From a virus: DNA of 64,000 bases. The notes beneath the pieces are model-generated. The model was not told the DNA's origin and did not search any database. It worked only from the letters and a program-made list of their open reading frames with translations. Both the position numbers and the translations under genes were made by a program. The DNA lies in the IMG/VR virus record IMGVR_UViG_3300025000_000065, positions 32,001-96,000 of that record, one strand, 5' to 3'. Position 1 is the first letter of the stretch; the number at the start of each line of letters is the position of its first letter. Below, piece after piece: positions 9,752 to 19,136 of this stretch.

Positions 9752-10554
9752 TATCCGTAATAGTTCCTACTTATAATAGAAACAACTTTCTAAAAAAATG
9801 TATTCAATCAATATTAAATTCTACTTATGAAAATTTTGAGATAGTCATTATTCAAGATGGAGGCGAAGAAAGTGCAAAAGATGTTATTGATTTATTTAAT
9901 GATAAAAGAATTAAATTGTTTGTGAAAAAAAACGGTGGTCTTGCATCTGCTAGAAATCATGGAATAAAAAAAGCACAGGGAAAATATATTTCATTTATAG
10001 ATAGTGATGATGGTGTTTATCCAAGCTTTATTGAAACGATGGTTAATTTATTAGAAAACAAAAAATCGGAATTTAAAATCTCATATTGTGATTCTGTAAG
10101 AATACATCAAAGAAAAAATAATAATGGAGAATATGAAAATTTTTGGAGAGACATTCCTTATTCACATGATTTTAATAGAGATTTATTGTTAGTTATGAAT
10201 ATTTCTCCGGTAAATTGTTTTATGATAAATCGCGAATGTTTTAATAATGTTCCACTATTTGACGAAACTGTTTCCGTATATGAAGATTATTTGATGAATT
10301 TAGAATTATCTTTAAAATATGATTTTTATCATTATCCTGTTCCTTTGGTATGGCATACTTGGAGAGAAGATGGCTCTACCATGTCAAGTAGTAGAGATTT
10401 TACAACTCCAATTCCAGGAATATATAAAAAATATTTTCAACATGCAAAAGATCAAATTTGGGTTGCAACTGCTATGAATAATGTATTGGTACAACGAGGA
10501 CTTCAACCACTTTTCAATATTCAATATAAGGAGGAACAAAATGAAAAAAAATAG
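9727..10554 (+). CDS. GT2 glycosyltransferase
   Basis: VSVIVPTYN, NGGLASARN, FIDSDD, EDY. Confidence 0.9.
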   Translation: MEKESYPLVSVIVPTYNRNNFLKKCIQSILNSTYENFEIVIIQDGGEESAKDVIDLFNDKRIKLFVKKNGGLASARNHGIKKAQGKYISFIDSDDGVYPSFIETMVNLLENKKSEFKISYCDSVRIHQRKNNNGEYENFWRDIPYSHDFNRDLLLVMNISPVNCFMINRECFNNVPLFDETVSVYEDYLMNLELSLKYDFYHYPVPLVWHTWREDGSTMSSSRDFTTPIPGIYKKYFQHAKDQIWVATAMNNVLVQRGLQPLFNIQYKEEQNEKK

Positions 10555-10768
10555 AACCAATATTAAAGAATTATTAAAAGATTTTGACGTTTCTACTGAA
10601 GATGAACTTCAAGAAAAACTAATGAATGAATCTACCATAGTAAAATGTACAACTGAAAATTGTTTTAATATGGTAGACTTATTGGATGGACAATTTATTA
10701 ATGGAGATCCTGTTTGTAAAAGATGTTATAGAGAATATTATAGCGAAAGAAAAGATTATGATTTATAG
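10541..10768 (+). CDS. Small Zn-finger protein
   Basis: GGAGG RBS; C..C / CKRC. Confidence 0.45.
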   Translation: MKKNRTNIKELLKDFDVSTEDELQEKLMNESTIVKCTTENCFNMVDLLDGQFINGDPVCKRCYREYYSERKDYDL

Positions 10769-10964
10769 TTTTGTTTGTGATGATTGTGGAAAATATTTTG
10801 AGATCAACTCTCAGCCATTTGTAATTAGCAACAATCAGATTTGTCCCAATTGTAGATCTAAAAATATTCATAGAAAATATAATTTAAATTCCATTCATTA
10901 TAAGGGAAAAGGTTTTACTAAAAAAATTAAAGGAGATGAGGAGAATTCCCCTTGGAAGAGTTAA
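10758..10964 (+). CDS. FmdB-family zinc-ribbon protein
   Basis: MIYSFVCDDCG..FE..CPNC..YKGKGF. Confidence 0.65.
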   Translation: MIYSFVCDDCGKYFEINSQPFVISNNQICPNCRSKNIHRKYNLNSIHYKGKGFTKKIKGDEENSPWKS

Positions 10965-12172
10965 AAGATAACCAACACAACGAAAAACTCCCATTAAATA
11001 TTTCTTTTGTATATGCTGATAAACCAGGCGAATTAAATACTTCAATTTACAGATGTGTAATTCCATATTTAGCATTAAAAAATGCAGGTCATCATGTTTC
11101 ATTGATTCCGGTTCATTTATTTGAACAAAATACAATTGAGGCTAATAATGCTTTAGAGAAATCCGATATTATTGTAATAGAAAGAAATTTCTTTGGAGAT
11201 GTTTTAACTAGAATTGCATATTGGATTGTTAGAGGAAAAATCGTAATTGCTAATTATGATGATTATTATGAAGGAATTGAAGAAACAAATGCTTCTTATT
11301 CTTTTTGGAATAAGGGAGAAGTAGATATTGAAAAAACTGATTATATTAAAGAACCTAGATCTTATGTTTATTCAGATAAATATTATAAGATTAAAAACGA
11401 AACAATAAAAGAAGTTAAAGAAAGACTAAAAAGAATAGGTTATCCTCATCCATTATGGCAATTTAAAATGGGATTGAAAATGGTATATGCTCAAATTATG
11501 CCTAGTAAGTATATGATGAAAAAATATAAAAATCTATCTCCAACATACTATATTCCAAATTATTTTGTAACACAAAATTATATTCATATTCCAAAAACTC
11601 CAAGAGATTTTAAAATAATAGGTTGGGGAGGTAGTTTATCACATCTTCAATCTTTTAAGGATAGTGGTGTCATCCAGGCATTAGAAAATATTATCAATTC
11701 CAGAAACGATGTAAAACTTTTGATTTGTGGTGATCAGAGATTATTGCCATTAATAAAAATTTCAGATGATAAAAAATTGTTTCAACCCTATGTAAAAAAT
11801 GAAGATTGGGGAAAAGTGGTATCATCTTTATTTGATATTGGTATTGCTCCATTAGAAGGAGAATATGATAAATATCGTTCTATGATTAAACCGATAGAAT
11901 TTATGTTAACAAAAACTCCATTTGTTGCATCTTATGGAGAAGCATATAAAGAATTGTTTCAAATTGGAGGTCTTGGAAGTTTTATAAAAAATTCTGCCGT
12001 AAATTGGGAACAAAAACTTTTATATATTTTAGATAATTATGAATCAGAAAAAGAAATAATGAACGGTAAACCGTTTGAATATGCTTTGACTTGGGACTAT
12101 ATGAATGGTGTTGATTACATGGTTGAAACATATAGAAAAATTGCCAGAGAATTAGCAAACAGGGATTTATAA
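10952..12172 (+). CDS. GT-B (GT4-like) glycosyltransferase
   Basis: YRCVIP, YDDY, IPNY, IGWGGS.SH, DIGIAPL, KPIEF..TP.VAS. Confidence 0.8.
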   Translation: MEELKDNQHNEKLPLNISFVYADKPGELNTSIYRCVIPYLALKNAGHHVSLIPVHLFEQNTIEANNALEKSDIIVIERNFFGDVLTRIAYWIVRGKIVIANYDDYYEGIEETNASYSFWNKGEVDIEKTDYIKEPRSYVYSDKYYKIKNETIKEVKERLKRIGYPHPLWQFKMGLKMVYAQIMPSKYMMKKYKNLSPTYYIPNYFVTQNYIHIPKTPRDFKIIGWGGSLSHLQSFKDSGVIQALENIINSRNDVKLLICGDQRLLPLIKISDDKKLFQPYVKNEDWGKVVSSLFDIGIAPLEGEYDKYRSMIKPIEFMLTKTPFVASYGEAYKELFQIGGLGSFIKNSAVNWEQKLLYILDNYESEKEIMNGKPFEYALTWDYMNGVDYMVETYRKIARELANRDL

Positions 12173-12189
12173 TTATAAAAAATTGGTAC

Positions 12190-12218
12190 TTGACAATGAG
12201 TATTCTTTTTGATAAAAT
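12190..12218 (+). promoter_or_regulatory. Sigma70 promoter of recombinase gene
   Basis: TTGACA-17-TAAAAT with extended -10. Confidence 0.8.
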
Positions 12219-12247
12219 AAGAACAGATAAATAAAAAAGGAGAAAAA

Positions 12248-13138
12248 ATGTACATATCAAAATATAATAATTTAGATTTCGTAAAAGAATATTCATTAGT
12301 TCTGTCTTTAGATAAAGATGAAAAAACAATTCAAAGTTATTTAAGTTCTATTGATCGATTTTTTGATTTTTTAAAAATTCAATCTAATGAAGACATTTTT
12401 AAAATTTCACCATTAGAGGGAAGAGAATATCAACAACATTTAAAAGATCATGCCCTTTCTAATAATTCAATAAACACTTACCTTCTGTTCTTAAAAGTGT
12501 TTTTTAATTGGTTAGTCAATGAAGAAAAAATTGAAAAATCCCCTTTGACAAAAGTAAAAAACTTAAAAGCAAATGAAATCAATAGGGCTTTCTTCAGTGA
12601 AGAAGAAGTAAAAAAGTTTTTTGAACACTGTAAAACAAATGAAGAATTTGCCATGTTTGGAATTTATTTTACAACTGGATTACGAAGATCAGAATTAATT
12701 AACATAAAATTAAATCAATTAGATGGATATACTATTCATAATGTAATTGTAAAACGAGGTAAAACCAGGGATATTTATATTCCAGATGATGTTTTAGTAT
12801 ATTTGGCAAAATATCTTCGAGAAAGAAACAGAAAATATCCCAATAATGAATATCTGTTTGTTTCCAATTGGGGTAAAAAGTTTTCTGGTGAAGGAATTAG
12901 ATATAAGTTTAATTCTATTTTAGAACGTGCTGGATTTCCAATAGAAAGAATTAACGAACTCCATGTACATTCTACGAGACATACTTTCGCAACAAATTTA
13001 TTGAGTAATGGAGAAAATATGAAAACCACTCAGGAAAGTTTAGGTCATTCAGATATTCAAACAACTCAGAAAATTTATGCTCATATACATAAAAATCGTG
13101 TATCAGAAGCAATGAGAAATCAATCTATTTTATCTTAA
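12248..13138 (+). CDS. XerC/D-like tyrosine recombinase
   Basis: TGLRRSE, HSTRHTFAT, LGHS, catalytic Y in IYAH; N-terminal SAM-like domain. Confidence 0.92.
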   Translation: MYISKYNNLDFVKEYSLVLSLDKDEKTIQSYLSSIDRFFDFLKIQSNEDIFKISPLEGREYQQHLKDHALSNNSINTYLLFLKVFFNWLVNEEKIEKSPLTKVKNLKANEINRAFFSEEEVKKFFEHCKTNEEFAMFGIYFTTGLRRSELINIKLNQLDGYTIHNVIVKRGKTRDIYIPDDVLVYLAKYLRERNRKYPNNEYLFVSNWGKKFSGEGIRYKFNSILERAGFPIERINELHVHSTRHTFATNLLSNGENMKTTQESLGHSDIQTTQKIYAHIHKNRVSEAMRNQSILS

Positions 13139-13154
13139 CGGAATAGGATTCAAT

Positions 13155-13385
13155 ATGTGCAGAAAATGTTTTTTAAGAGGTAAAAAGGCAAAACTTTCAA
13201 AAGGTAAAATAAATTTTTTTGCTCATGAATTATTAAAAGGTCATGGAATTCCAATGTTTTCATATTCGCCAAATAATTATGCAATCGAAGGTAGAGTATG
13301 GCAAATTGAAAGAGAAAAAACAAAGAAAAATAAATATTATAATAAAGCAAGAAGAAAAATTAATAAAGAATTTGAAACTTATTGA
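13155..13385 (+). CDS. Hypothetical basic protein
   Basis: ORF in operon. Confidence 0.4.
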   Translation: MCRKCFLRGKKAKLSKGKINFFAHELLKGHGIPMFSYSPNNYAIEGRVWQIEREKTKKNKYYNKARRKINKEFETY

Positions 13386-13401
13386 AAGGAGAAAATAAAT
13401 T

Positions 13402-13692
13402 ATGAAAATGCAAGAAATGATCAAAGAAATGCGAAGCGTTATGGGTGAAGATAAAGATATATCGATTAAACTATATGATAATGAAATATCTTTTTATTTA
13501 TTTGAAAAAGAAATTGGAATTTATTTAAATAAATATAATTATAATTATCATCCATATATTGACCTTGAGGGATGTGATGGTGTACATGCTCGTTTAGGAT
13601 TTAAAGAAATACGGGTTATTCTTATTGTAATGGCAATAATTGAAAATAACTTAAAGGAAATTTTAAGTTGGATCAATGTTGATTCTCAATAA
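13402..13692 (+). CDS. Hypothetical protein
   Basis: AAAGGAG RBS. Confidence 0.5.
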   Translation: MKMQEMIKEMRSVMGEDKDISIKLYDNEISFYLFEKEIGIYLNKYNYNYHPYIDLEGCDGVHARLGFKEIRVILIVMAIIENNLKEILSWINVDSQ

Positions 13693-13718
13693 TTTTATAA
13701 AAAGAAAGGACTGATAAA

Positions 13719-14033
13719 ATGCAATATCATTATATTCTTCAAATAGATTTAGGCAATGGAGCATATTCTGTAACCGATGGATATTTAGATGTGAATGATT
13801 ATCTTGATTTGAGTTTTGCAAACCAACAATTAAAACCAGAAAAAATTATATTTCAAAGTAATCATGCTACAATTGTTTATTGGAATGATGGTACAAAAAC
13901 AGTTGTAAAGAGAGCCGATGAAGATGATAAATTTATTCCCGAAGTAGGATTTGCTATGGCTTTAGTAAAAAGAATATATGGAAATAGATCAGAAGTTTTA
14001 AGATGGATTGAAAATGCTGAGATAAGGGAGTAA
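13719..14033 (+). CDS. Conserved phage protein
   Basis: KIIF..ATIVYWNDGTKTVVK..EVGFAMA motif. Confidence 0.6.
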   Translation: MQYHYILQIDLGNGAYSVTDGYLDVNDYLDLSFANQQLKPEKIIFQSNHATIVYWNDGTKTVVKRADEDDKFIPEVGFAMALVKRIYGNRSEVLRWIENAEIRE

Positions 14034-14038
14034 TAAAA

Positions 14039-14338
14039 ATGTCTGATAATAAAAATAAGGAAATCTTAAATAAATCTTTACCAGAATATCTTCCAGAATT
14101 TTTTGAAGAATTAACAAAACGAATTATTGAAAAAAACGAACAATACGGAGACGCATGGATAGAACGTGGATTAATTTATAATGGTCTTACTCAAGAACTA
14201 AGATTTAGTAATTGGAGTGATGATAAGTTTTTTAATCATTTTTGGTTAGATGAAAAATTACCCTGGTTAGACTTTGCTGGAGAAGCATTTATTGGATTCA
14301 TTCGTGAAAAGTATTTGAAAAACGATGATAAAATCTAG
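14039..14338 (+). CDS. Possible MazG-fold / nucleotide-modification-associated (Nmad1/DUF1599-like) protein
   Basis: EKNEQYGDAW resembles the KNxxYGDS motif. Confidence 0.35.
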   Translation: MSDNKNKEILNKSLPEYLPEFFEELTKRIIEKNEQYGDAWIERGLIYNGLTQELRFSNWSDDKFFNHFWLDEKLPWLDFAGEAFIGFIREKYLKNDDKI

Positions 14339-14360
14339 GTTTTATTTGAAAGGAAAATAT

Positions 14361-14663
14361 ATGAAACTAATTTCACACGAAGAAGTAATCAAGGAATCTT
14401 TAAAAGATCCAGAATTTAATATTGCATATAAAAAGATTTATTATCAAAGTGATATTGCAATTGCTGTTTATAGAATTCGAAAAAATAAAAAATTAACACA
14501 AAAACAATTTTCTAAAAAATATAAAATTAAGTTAAAGAAATTAAAAGATGTAGAAAATGGAATGATTGGAGATATGACATTAGATCAGTTAGAAAACATA
14601 TTGGAAAAATTAGGATTATATATATCAATTAAATTAAAAAATTTTAGTGAAGATTTAGATTAG
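14361..14663 (+). CDS. XRE-family HTH regulator
   Basis: AAAGGA RBS; RIRKNKKLTQKQFS..VENG..MTLDQLENI. Confidence 0.75.
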   Translation: MKLISHEEVIKESLKDPEFNIAYKKIYYQSDIAIAVYRIRKNKKLTQKQFSKKYKIKLKKLKDVENGMIGDMTLDQLENILEKLGLYISIKLKNFSEDLD

Positions 14664-14676
14664 GAGGATTAATTAA

Positions 14677-15417
14677 TTGGATAAATATTTATGTTTATTT
14701 GCTGAAGGAACGCAATATGAAGCGGTAATGATTCATCAAAATGAATTAATGGAAAAGCATTTCAAGACTATTTTTAATTACAATGGAAGATGGTTGAACG
14801 ATGCTGGCTTTTATGATTTACCTAATGCTAAATATATTCTTGAACACTCAAATACTGGACACGGTTTTGCCAGTTGGAAGCCATTTATAATGTTACAAAC
14901 AATGCCACACATTAAAGATGGTGATTTATTGTTTTATTTAGACGTAACAGATTATGTTTATAATGATGGATTTTACAATTGGGTTGAGCATTTAGTAAAA
15001 ACTGAATTAGATGGATCTTTCTTTAATATTAATTATTATAGACATGGTGATTGGACTACCAAAAAGTGTCAAGAAATAATGGGTTGTGATAATAAGTTTT
15101 ATTATGAACAGAGGCAATTAGAATGTGGAACAATTGCTCTAGTAAAAAATAAAAAGAATATTGCCTTACTTGAAGAATGGTTGCAGTGGTGTCTTACTCC
15201 TGATGCTATTCTAAAAGATAGAAATCCAAAAGAAGAAAACGATCCTGGTTTTATTGATCATCGTACGGATCAATCGATTCTTACTAACCTGTTTTATAAG
15301 TATGGTTTAAAGGGAGTTGGTATGGAATATGTTAGTCCTGCTCCACATGGTTATATTGTTTATAATTATTTTGAACGTGGAATGACTGGTTTAGAGAATA
15401 AACATAAATACGATTAA
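14677..15417 (+). CDS. Putative nucleotide-diphosphosugar transferase
   Basis: GFASWKP, LFYLD, WTTKKC, DHRTDQSILT. Confidence 0.6.
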   Translation: MDKYLCLFAEGTQYEAVMIHQNELMEKHFKTIFNYNGRWLNDAGFYDLPNAKYILEHSNTGHGFASWKPFIMLQTMPHIKDGDLLFYLDVTDYVYNDGFYNWVEHLVKTELDGSFFNINYYRHGDWTTKKCQEIMGCDNKFYYEQRQLECGTIALVKNKKNIALLEEWLQWCLTPDAILKDRNPKEENDPGFIDHRTDQSILTNLFYKYGLKGVGMEYVSPAPHGYIVYNYFERGMTGLENKHKYD

Positions 15418-15428
15418 TTGGAGGATTA

Positions 15429-16055
15429 TTGAAAACATTATATGATTTAGCAAATAAGTATGGAACAGATAAAAGAGAACAAGATCATAATTATGTAAGA
15501 ATGTATGAGGAATTATTGTCTAATAGAAAAATTGATAACCTCTTGGAAATTGGTTTAGGCTCTGGTGCTTCAGCTTTAATGTGGTCAGAAGCACTTCCTA
15601 ATTCCAATATTCATATTATGGAATATTTTGATAAAGAACACGTTGAAGTTTGGAACAGTCCTCAAATTTCTGCTCCAAATTTAATGATTCATCCTGGAGA
15701 TTCTACCAAACATGAATCATGGGCTAATATTCCTTATGGATTTGATGTTATTATTGATGATGGAAGTCACTATCCGAAAGATCAAATTGAAACATTTAAT
15801 TTGGCGTTTTCACATTTAATAAGAGGAGGTTTGTATTTTATTGAAGATACTCATTGTAATTTTGAACAAAAATATACTGAGGGGAAAGATATTATATATA
15901 ATTGGGCTTTAAACTTAGTTTTTAATCAGCAACTTCCACTTTTAGGAAACACAAATGGAAATTTTTATCAGCTAAGAAATCTAATGCCTATTCCAATTCG
16001 AGATATTTATTCTTATCATTTTTATAAATCTGTAATTGTGTTCGAGAAAGCATAA
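15429..16055 (+). CDS. SAM-dependent sugar O-methyltransferase-like (MycE/TylE-like)
   Basis: YGTDK..HNY, LLEIG, DVIIDDGSH, GGLYFIED. Confidence 0.75.
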   Translation: MKTLYDLANKYGTDKREQDHNYVRMYEELLSNRKIDNLLEIGLGSGASALMWSEALPNSNIHIMEYFDKEHVEVWNSPQISAPNLMIHPGDSTKHESWANIPYGFDVIIDDGSHYPKDQIETFNLAFSHLIRGGLYFIEDTHCNFEQKYTEGKDIIYNWALNLVFNQQLPLLGNTNGNFYQLRNLMPIPIRDIYSYHFYKSVIVFEKA

Positions 16056-16056
16056 T

Positions 16057-16857
16057 ATGAATAATGATATATCTATTGTAATGCCAATTCATAATCAAGA
16101 ATCAATTATCTTTAAAATTTTAATGGGAATTTATAAAAATTCTTCGGAGTATGTCAAAGAATTAATTTTAATTTTGGATGGATGCACTGATCATACTCAA
16201 GAAATTGTGGAAAAATTTTTAAATACTTATAATAAAGATAATAGATTTGATGCAAAAATTTTTATAACCCCAAATATTTTCGAAGTACAATCTTGTAATA
16301 TTGGATTTAAAAACGCTACTTGTTCCTGGATTATCAACATGCAAGACGATATAGAAATTACAGAAAGACATTTTGATAAAAGATTAATGAAGCCATTTTT
16401 AAGAATACATAATCTTTTGGGTGTTACAGGTAGAGATGCTGCAAATGTTTACCTGAATACAAAATATGAAATTGAGTTTCTTGATTTAGCAGGAAGGGAT
16501 GCAAAATTTCCTTTTTTAAAGGAAAGAAACAAATTTTATATCCGTGATATAATTAATCGTGCTCCAATTTTATTCAATCATGAAAAGTTAAAAGAATTAA
16601 ATTATTTAGATGAAGATTTTGCTCCAATTTGCCAGGATGATACAGATTTATTTTTAAGAGCGTATAAAAAATTTGGTTACACTTGCGGATCTTATTTAAT
16701 AGAGTATAATTCTCCCCTAGAGTGGGGAGGAACTAGAAAGAGTGTTGAAGTTAGTAATTTTGTTCATTGGTCTGAGCAAAAAAACATGCAATTATTGAAA
16801 GAAAGACATTTACACTTGATCTTAGGAGAAAAACATAATTTTGAAATCAATATATAA
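16057..16857 (+). CDS. GT2 glycosyltransferase
   Basis: ISIVMPIHNQ, LDGCTD, MQDD, LDEDF..DDTD. Confidence 0.82.
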   Translation: MNNDISIVMPIHNQESIIFKILMGIYKNSSEYVKELILILDGCTDHTQEIVEKFLNTYNKDNRFDAKIFITPNIFEVQSCNIGFKNATCSWIINMQDDIEITERHFDKRLMKPFLRIHNLLGVTGRDAANVYLNTKYEIEFLDLAGRDAKFPFLKERNKFYIRDIINRAPILFNHEKLKELNYLDEDFAPICQDDTDLFLRAYKKFGYTCGSYLIEYNSPLEWGGTRKSVEVSNFVHWSEQKNMQLLKERHLHLILGEKHNFEINI

Positions 16858-16866
16858 AGGAGAAAA

Positions 16867-17406
16867 ATGAATTTTCAAGAATATTCACAAAAATATTTTA
16901 CACTACCAATTGACTGTGATCCCATAGATAGAGCACTCAAAGGATTGAAGTATTGTATAAAAAATAATATTTTAATTATTGTTGCTGGAAATGGTGGATC
17001 TGGCTATACCGGAAGTCATTTTGTACAGGATTTAATAAAAGCCTGTCATGCTAATGCCAAATCTTTAAATGATAATACAGGATTATACTCTGCTTTATCT
17101 AATGATGTTAGACATGATGATGTTTTTATTGAACAATTATTTAGAATAAATGGAAAGTATCTGTTTGTTCCCATTAGTTTTTCTGGCAATTCCAATAATA
17201 TAATTAAAGCATCAGATTATGTTAGGAATGTTCAAAAATTACCAGTTTTAAGTTTTACTGGCAATGATGGTGGAAAACTAAAAAAAATATCTAGTTTGAA
17301 TATTAATATTGAAACAAGCAACATTTATGTTGGTGAGGGTTTTCATTCTTTGATCTTACATTATTTAGTTGATGAGTTAGCAAAGTCAATTTCTCAATTA
17401 GATTAA
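16867..17406 (+). CDS. gmhA: Phosphoheptose isomerase (SIS domain)
   Basis: GNGGSG..SHF, ALSND..F.EQ, SFSGNS.N, FTGNDGGKL, EGFH. Confidence 0.82.
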   Translation: MNFQEYSQKYFTLPIDCDPIDRALKGLKYCIKNNILIIVAGNGGSGYTGSHFVQDLIKACHANAKSLNDNTGLYSALSNDVRHDDVFIEQLFRINGKYLFVPISFSGNSNNIIKASDYVRNVQKLPVLSFTGNDGGKLKKISSLNINIETSNIYVGEGFHSLILHYLVDELAKSISQLD

Positions 17407-17410
17407 ATCC

Positions 17411-17439
17411 TTGACTTTTTTATTGAAATATAGTAAACT
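17411..17439 (+). promoter_or_regulatory. Sigma70 promoter
   Basis: TTGACT-17-TAAACT. Confidence 0.65.
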
Positions 17440-17474
17440 ATTGTTTAATATAGAATTGAAATAAGGAGAATAAA

Positions 17475-18464
17475 TTGATTATAGCAAAAACTCCACTTAG
17501 AATAAGCCTTTTTGGTGGTGGCACTGATTTTCCAGATTATTTTAAAGATAACCCTGGTCAAGTTTTATCAACCGCTATTGATAAATATACATATGTCATT
17601 TTAAATAAAAGACCCTTTGATGAAAAAATAAGATTGGGATATTCTAAAACCGAACTTGTAAATTATGTTTTTGAGTTAGATCATGAATTAGCAAGGGAAG
17701 CCATTAAGTTATTTAGTGCTTCTGGAATAGAAATGTCAACAATCTCAGATGTTCCAGGAGGGGTCGGTTTAGCAACAAGCAGTTCTATTCTTGTAGGAAT
17801 GTTGAATGCCTTAGCAACATATTCTAATGTGGAGTTTGATGTTTCTCATTTGATTGATTGGGCTATAAACATTGAGGTAAATAAATTAAATAAGCCTATT
17901 GGATATCAAGATCAAATTATTGTTGCTAAAGGTGGCTTTCAAAATATACATTTTAGTTCTTTATATCAGAAGCCATATAATTTTGTATACAATTTCAAAC
18001 AAACCACAATAGATCAATTGGAAAGTTGTTTAAATTTATTTTATTTTGGAGGTCAAAGAAATTCTTCAGACATATTATTAGAACAAACTAAAAACATTGA
18101 AAAAAATAATGATACCCTAAGACAAATGTATAATATTTGTGATAATGCTTATGATGAACTATCTAAGGGAAATGTTTATGAAATCGGAAACATGTTGGAT
18201 GAATCATGGAAATTAAAAAAGACTCTTGCATCAAATATCAGTAATACTGAAATTGATTATGTTTATGAAAAAGCCTTGCAAAATGGATCAAATGGTGGTA
18301 AACTTTTAGGTGCTGGAGGAAATGGATTTTTATTATTTTTTACAAAGGATTATGAAAGTAAAGAAAACTTGCTTAGATTTATGAAATATCATATGCTACG
18401 AATTAAACATGTTCCATTCAAGTTTGATAAACACGGTTCGAGAATAATTTTCAATAATGAATAA
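17475..18464 (+). CDS. hddA: D-glycero-alpha-D-manno-heptose-7-phosphate kinase (GHMP family)
   Basis: TPLRISLFGGGTD, AIDKY, PGGVGLATSSS, GYQDQ, GGKLLGAGGNGF. Confidence 0.85.
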   Translation: MIIAKTPLRISLFGGGTDFPDYFKDNPGQVLSTAIDKYTYVILNKRPFDEKIRLGYSKTELVNYVFELDHELAREAIKLFSASGIEMSTISDVPGGVGLATSSSILVGMLNALATYSNVEFDVSHLIDWAINIEVNKLNKPIGYQDQIIVAKGGFQNIHFSSLYQKPYNFVYNFKQTTIDQLESCLNLFYFGGQRNSSDILLEQTKNIEKNNDTLRQMYNICDNAYDELSKGNVYEIGNMLDESWKLKKTLASNISNTEIDYVYEKALQNGSNGGKLLGAGGNGFLLFFTKDYESKENLLRFMKYHMLRIKHVPFKFDKHGSRIIFNNE

Positions 18465-18473
18465 GGAGATAGT

Positions 18474-19067
18474 TTGAACATAAATATAATTTATACACCT
18501 ACTGAAGAAGATTGGCTGAGAGTTAGAAATAATGCTCTTACAACTCAGCGAAAACAATCTGATAAAGTACCATCTCCTGAATTAAAAAAGAAAATGATTA
18601 TTTCAGAGCATTCTCCAATTAGAGATTTAAAAGCTGTTTGGGAGTGGATTGATTTACCTTATTATGTTAGCGTACATTTTACCAGACATAAAATTGGAAT
18701 TGAGCATTATGTATCGTCTCAAAGGAACGATATTCAAAAAGAATTTGATAGAAAAAATGCACCTCAATCAAATCCCGTTACACATCGTTGCTCTGCTAAT
18801 TTTCAAGCAATATTAAATATAAGTCGTGCTAGATTATGTTTAAACGCATCTCCAGAAACAACAAAAGCCTGGAAATTATTTCTATCAAGACTTTATAATT
18901 ATGAACCAGAGTTGGTACAATTGTGTGTAAAGCCTTGTATTTATAGAAATGGAATTTGTCCAGAAGTTTTTAAACAATGTGGTTATAATAAGACAAATCA
19001 TTATCATATAGTTCAAAAAGGTTATAATTATTATATTGGTTTTACGAAGGAGGATGATTTGACATAA
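18474..19067 (+). CDS. thyX: Flavin-dependent thymidylate synthase-like
   Basis: EHSPIR, HFTRH..SSQR, RLC..A, C.YR.G.CPE. Confidence 0.75.
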   Translation: MNINIIYTPTEEDWLRVRNNALTTQRKQSDKVPSPELKKKMIISEHSPIRDLKAVWEWIDLPYYVSVHFTRHKIGIEHYVSSQRNDIQKEFDRKNAPQSNPVTHRCSANFQAILNISRARLCLNASPETTKAWKLFLSRLYNYEPELVQLCVKPCIYRNGICPEVFKQCGYNKTNHYHIVQKGYNYYIGFTKEDDLT

Positions 19068-19136
19068 TAAATAAAATTATTGTTTTATTGAGTTTATTTA
19101 TTGTTTAAAATTTTATTAAATTAAAGGAGAAATTGT

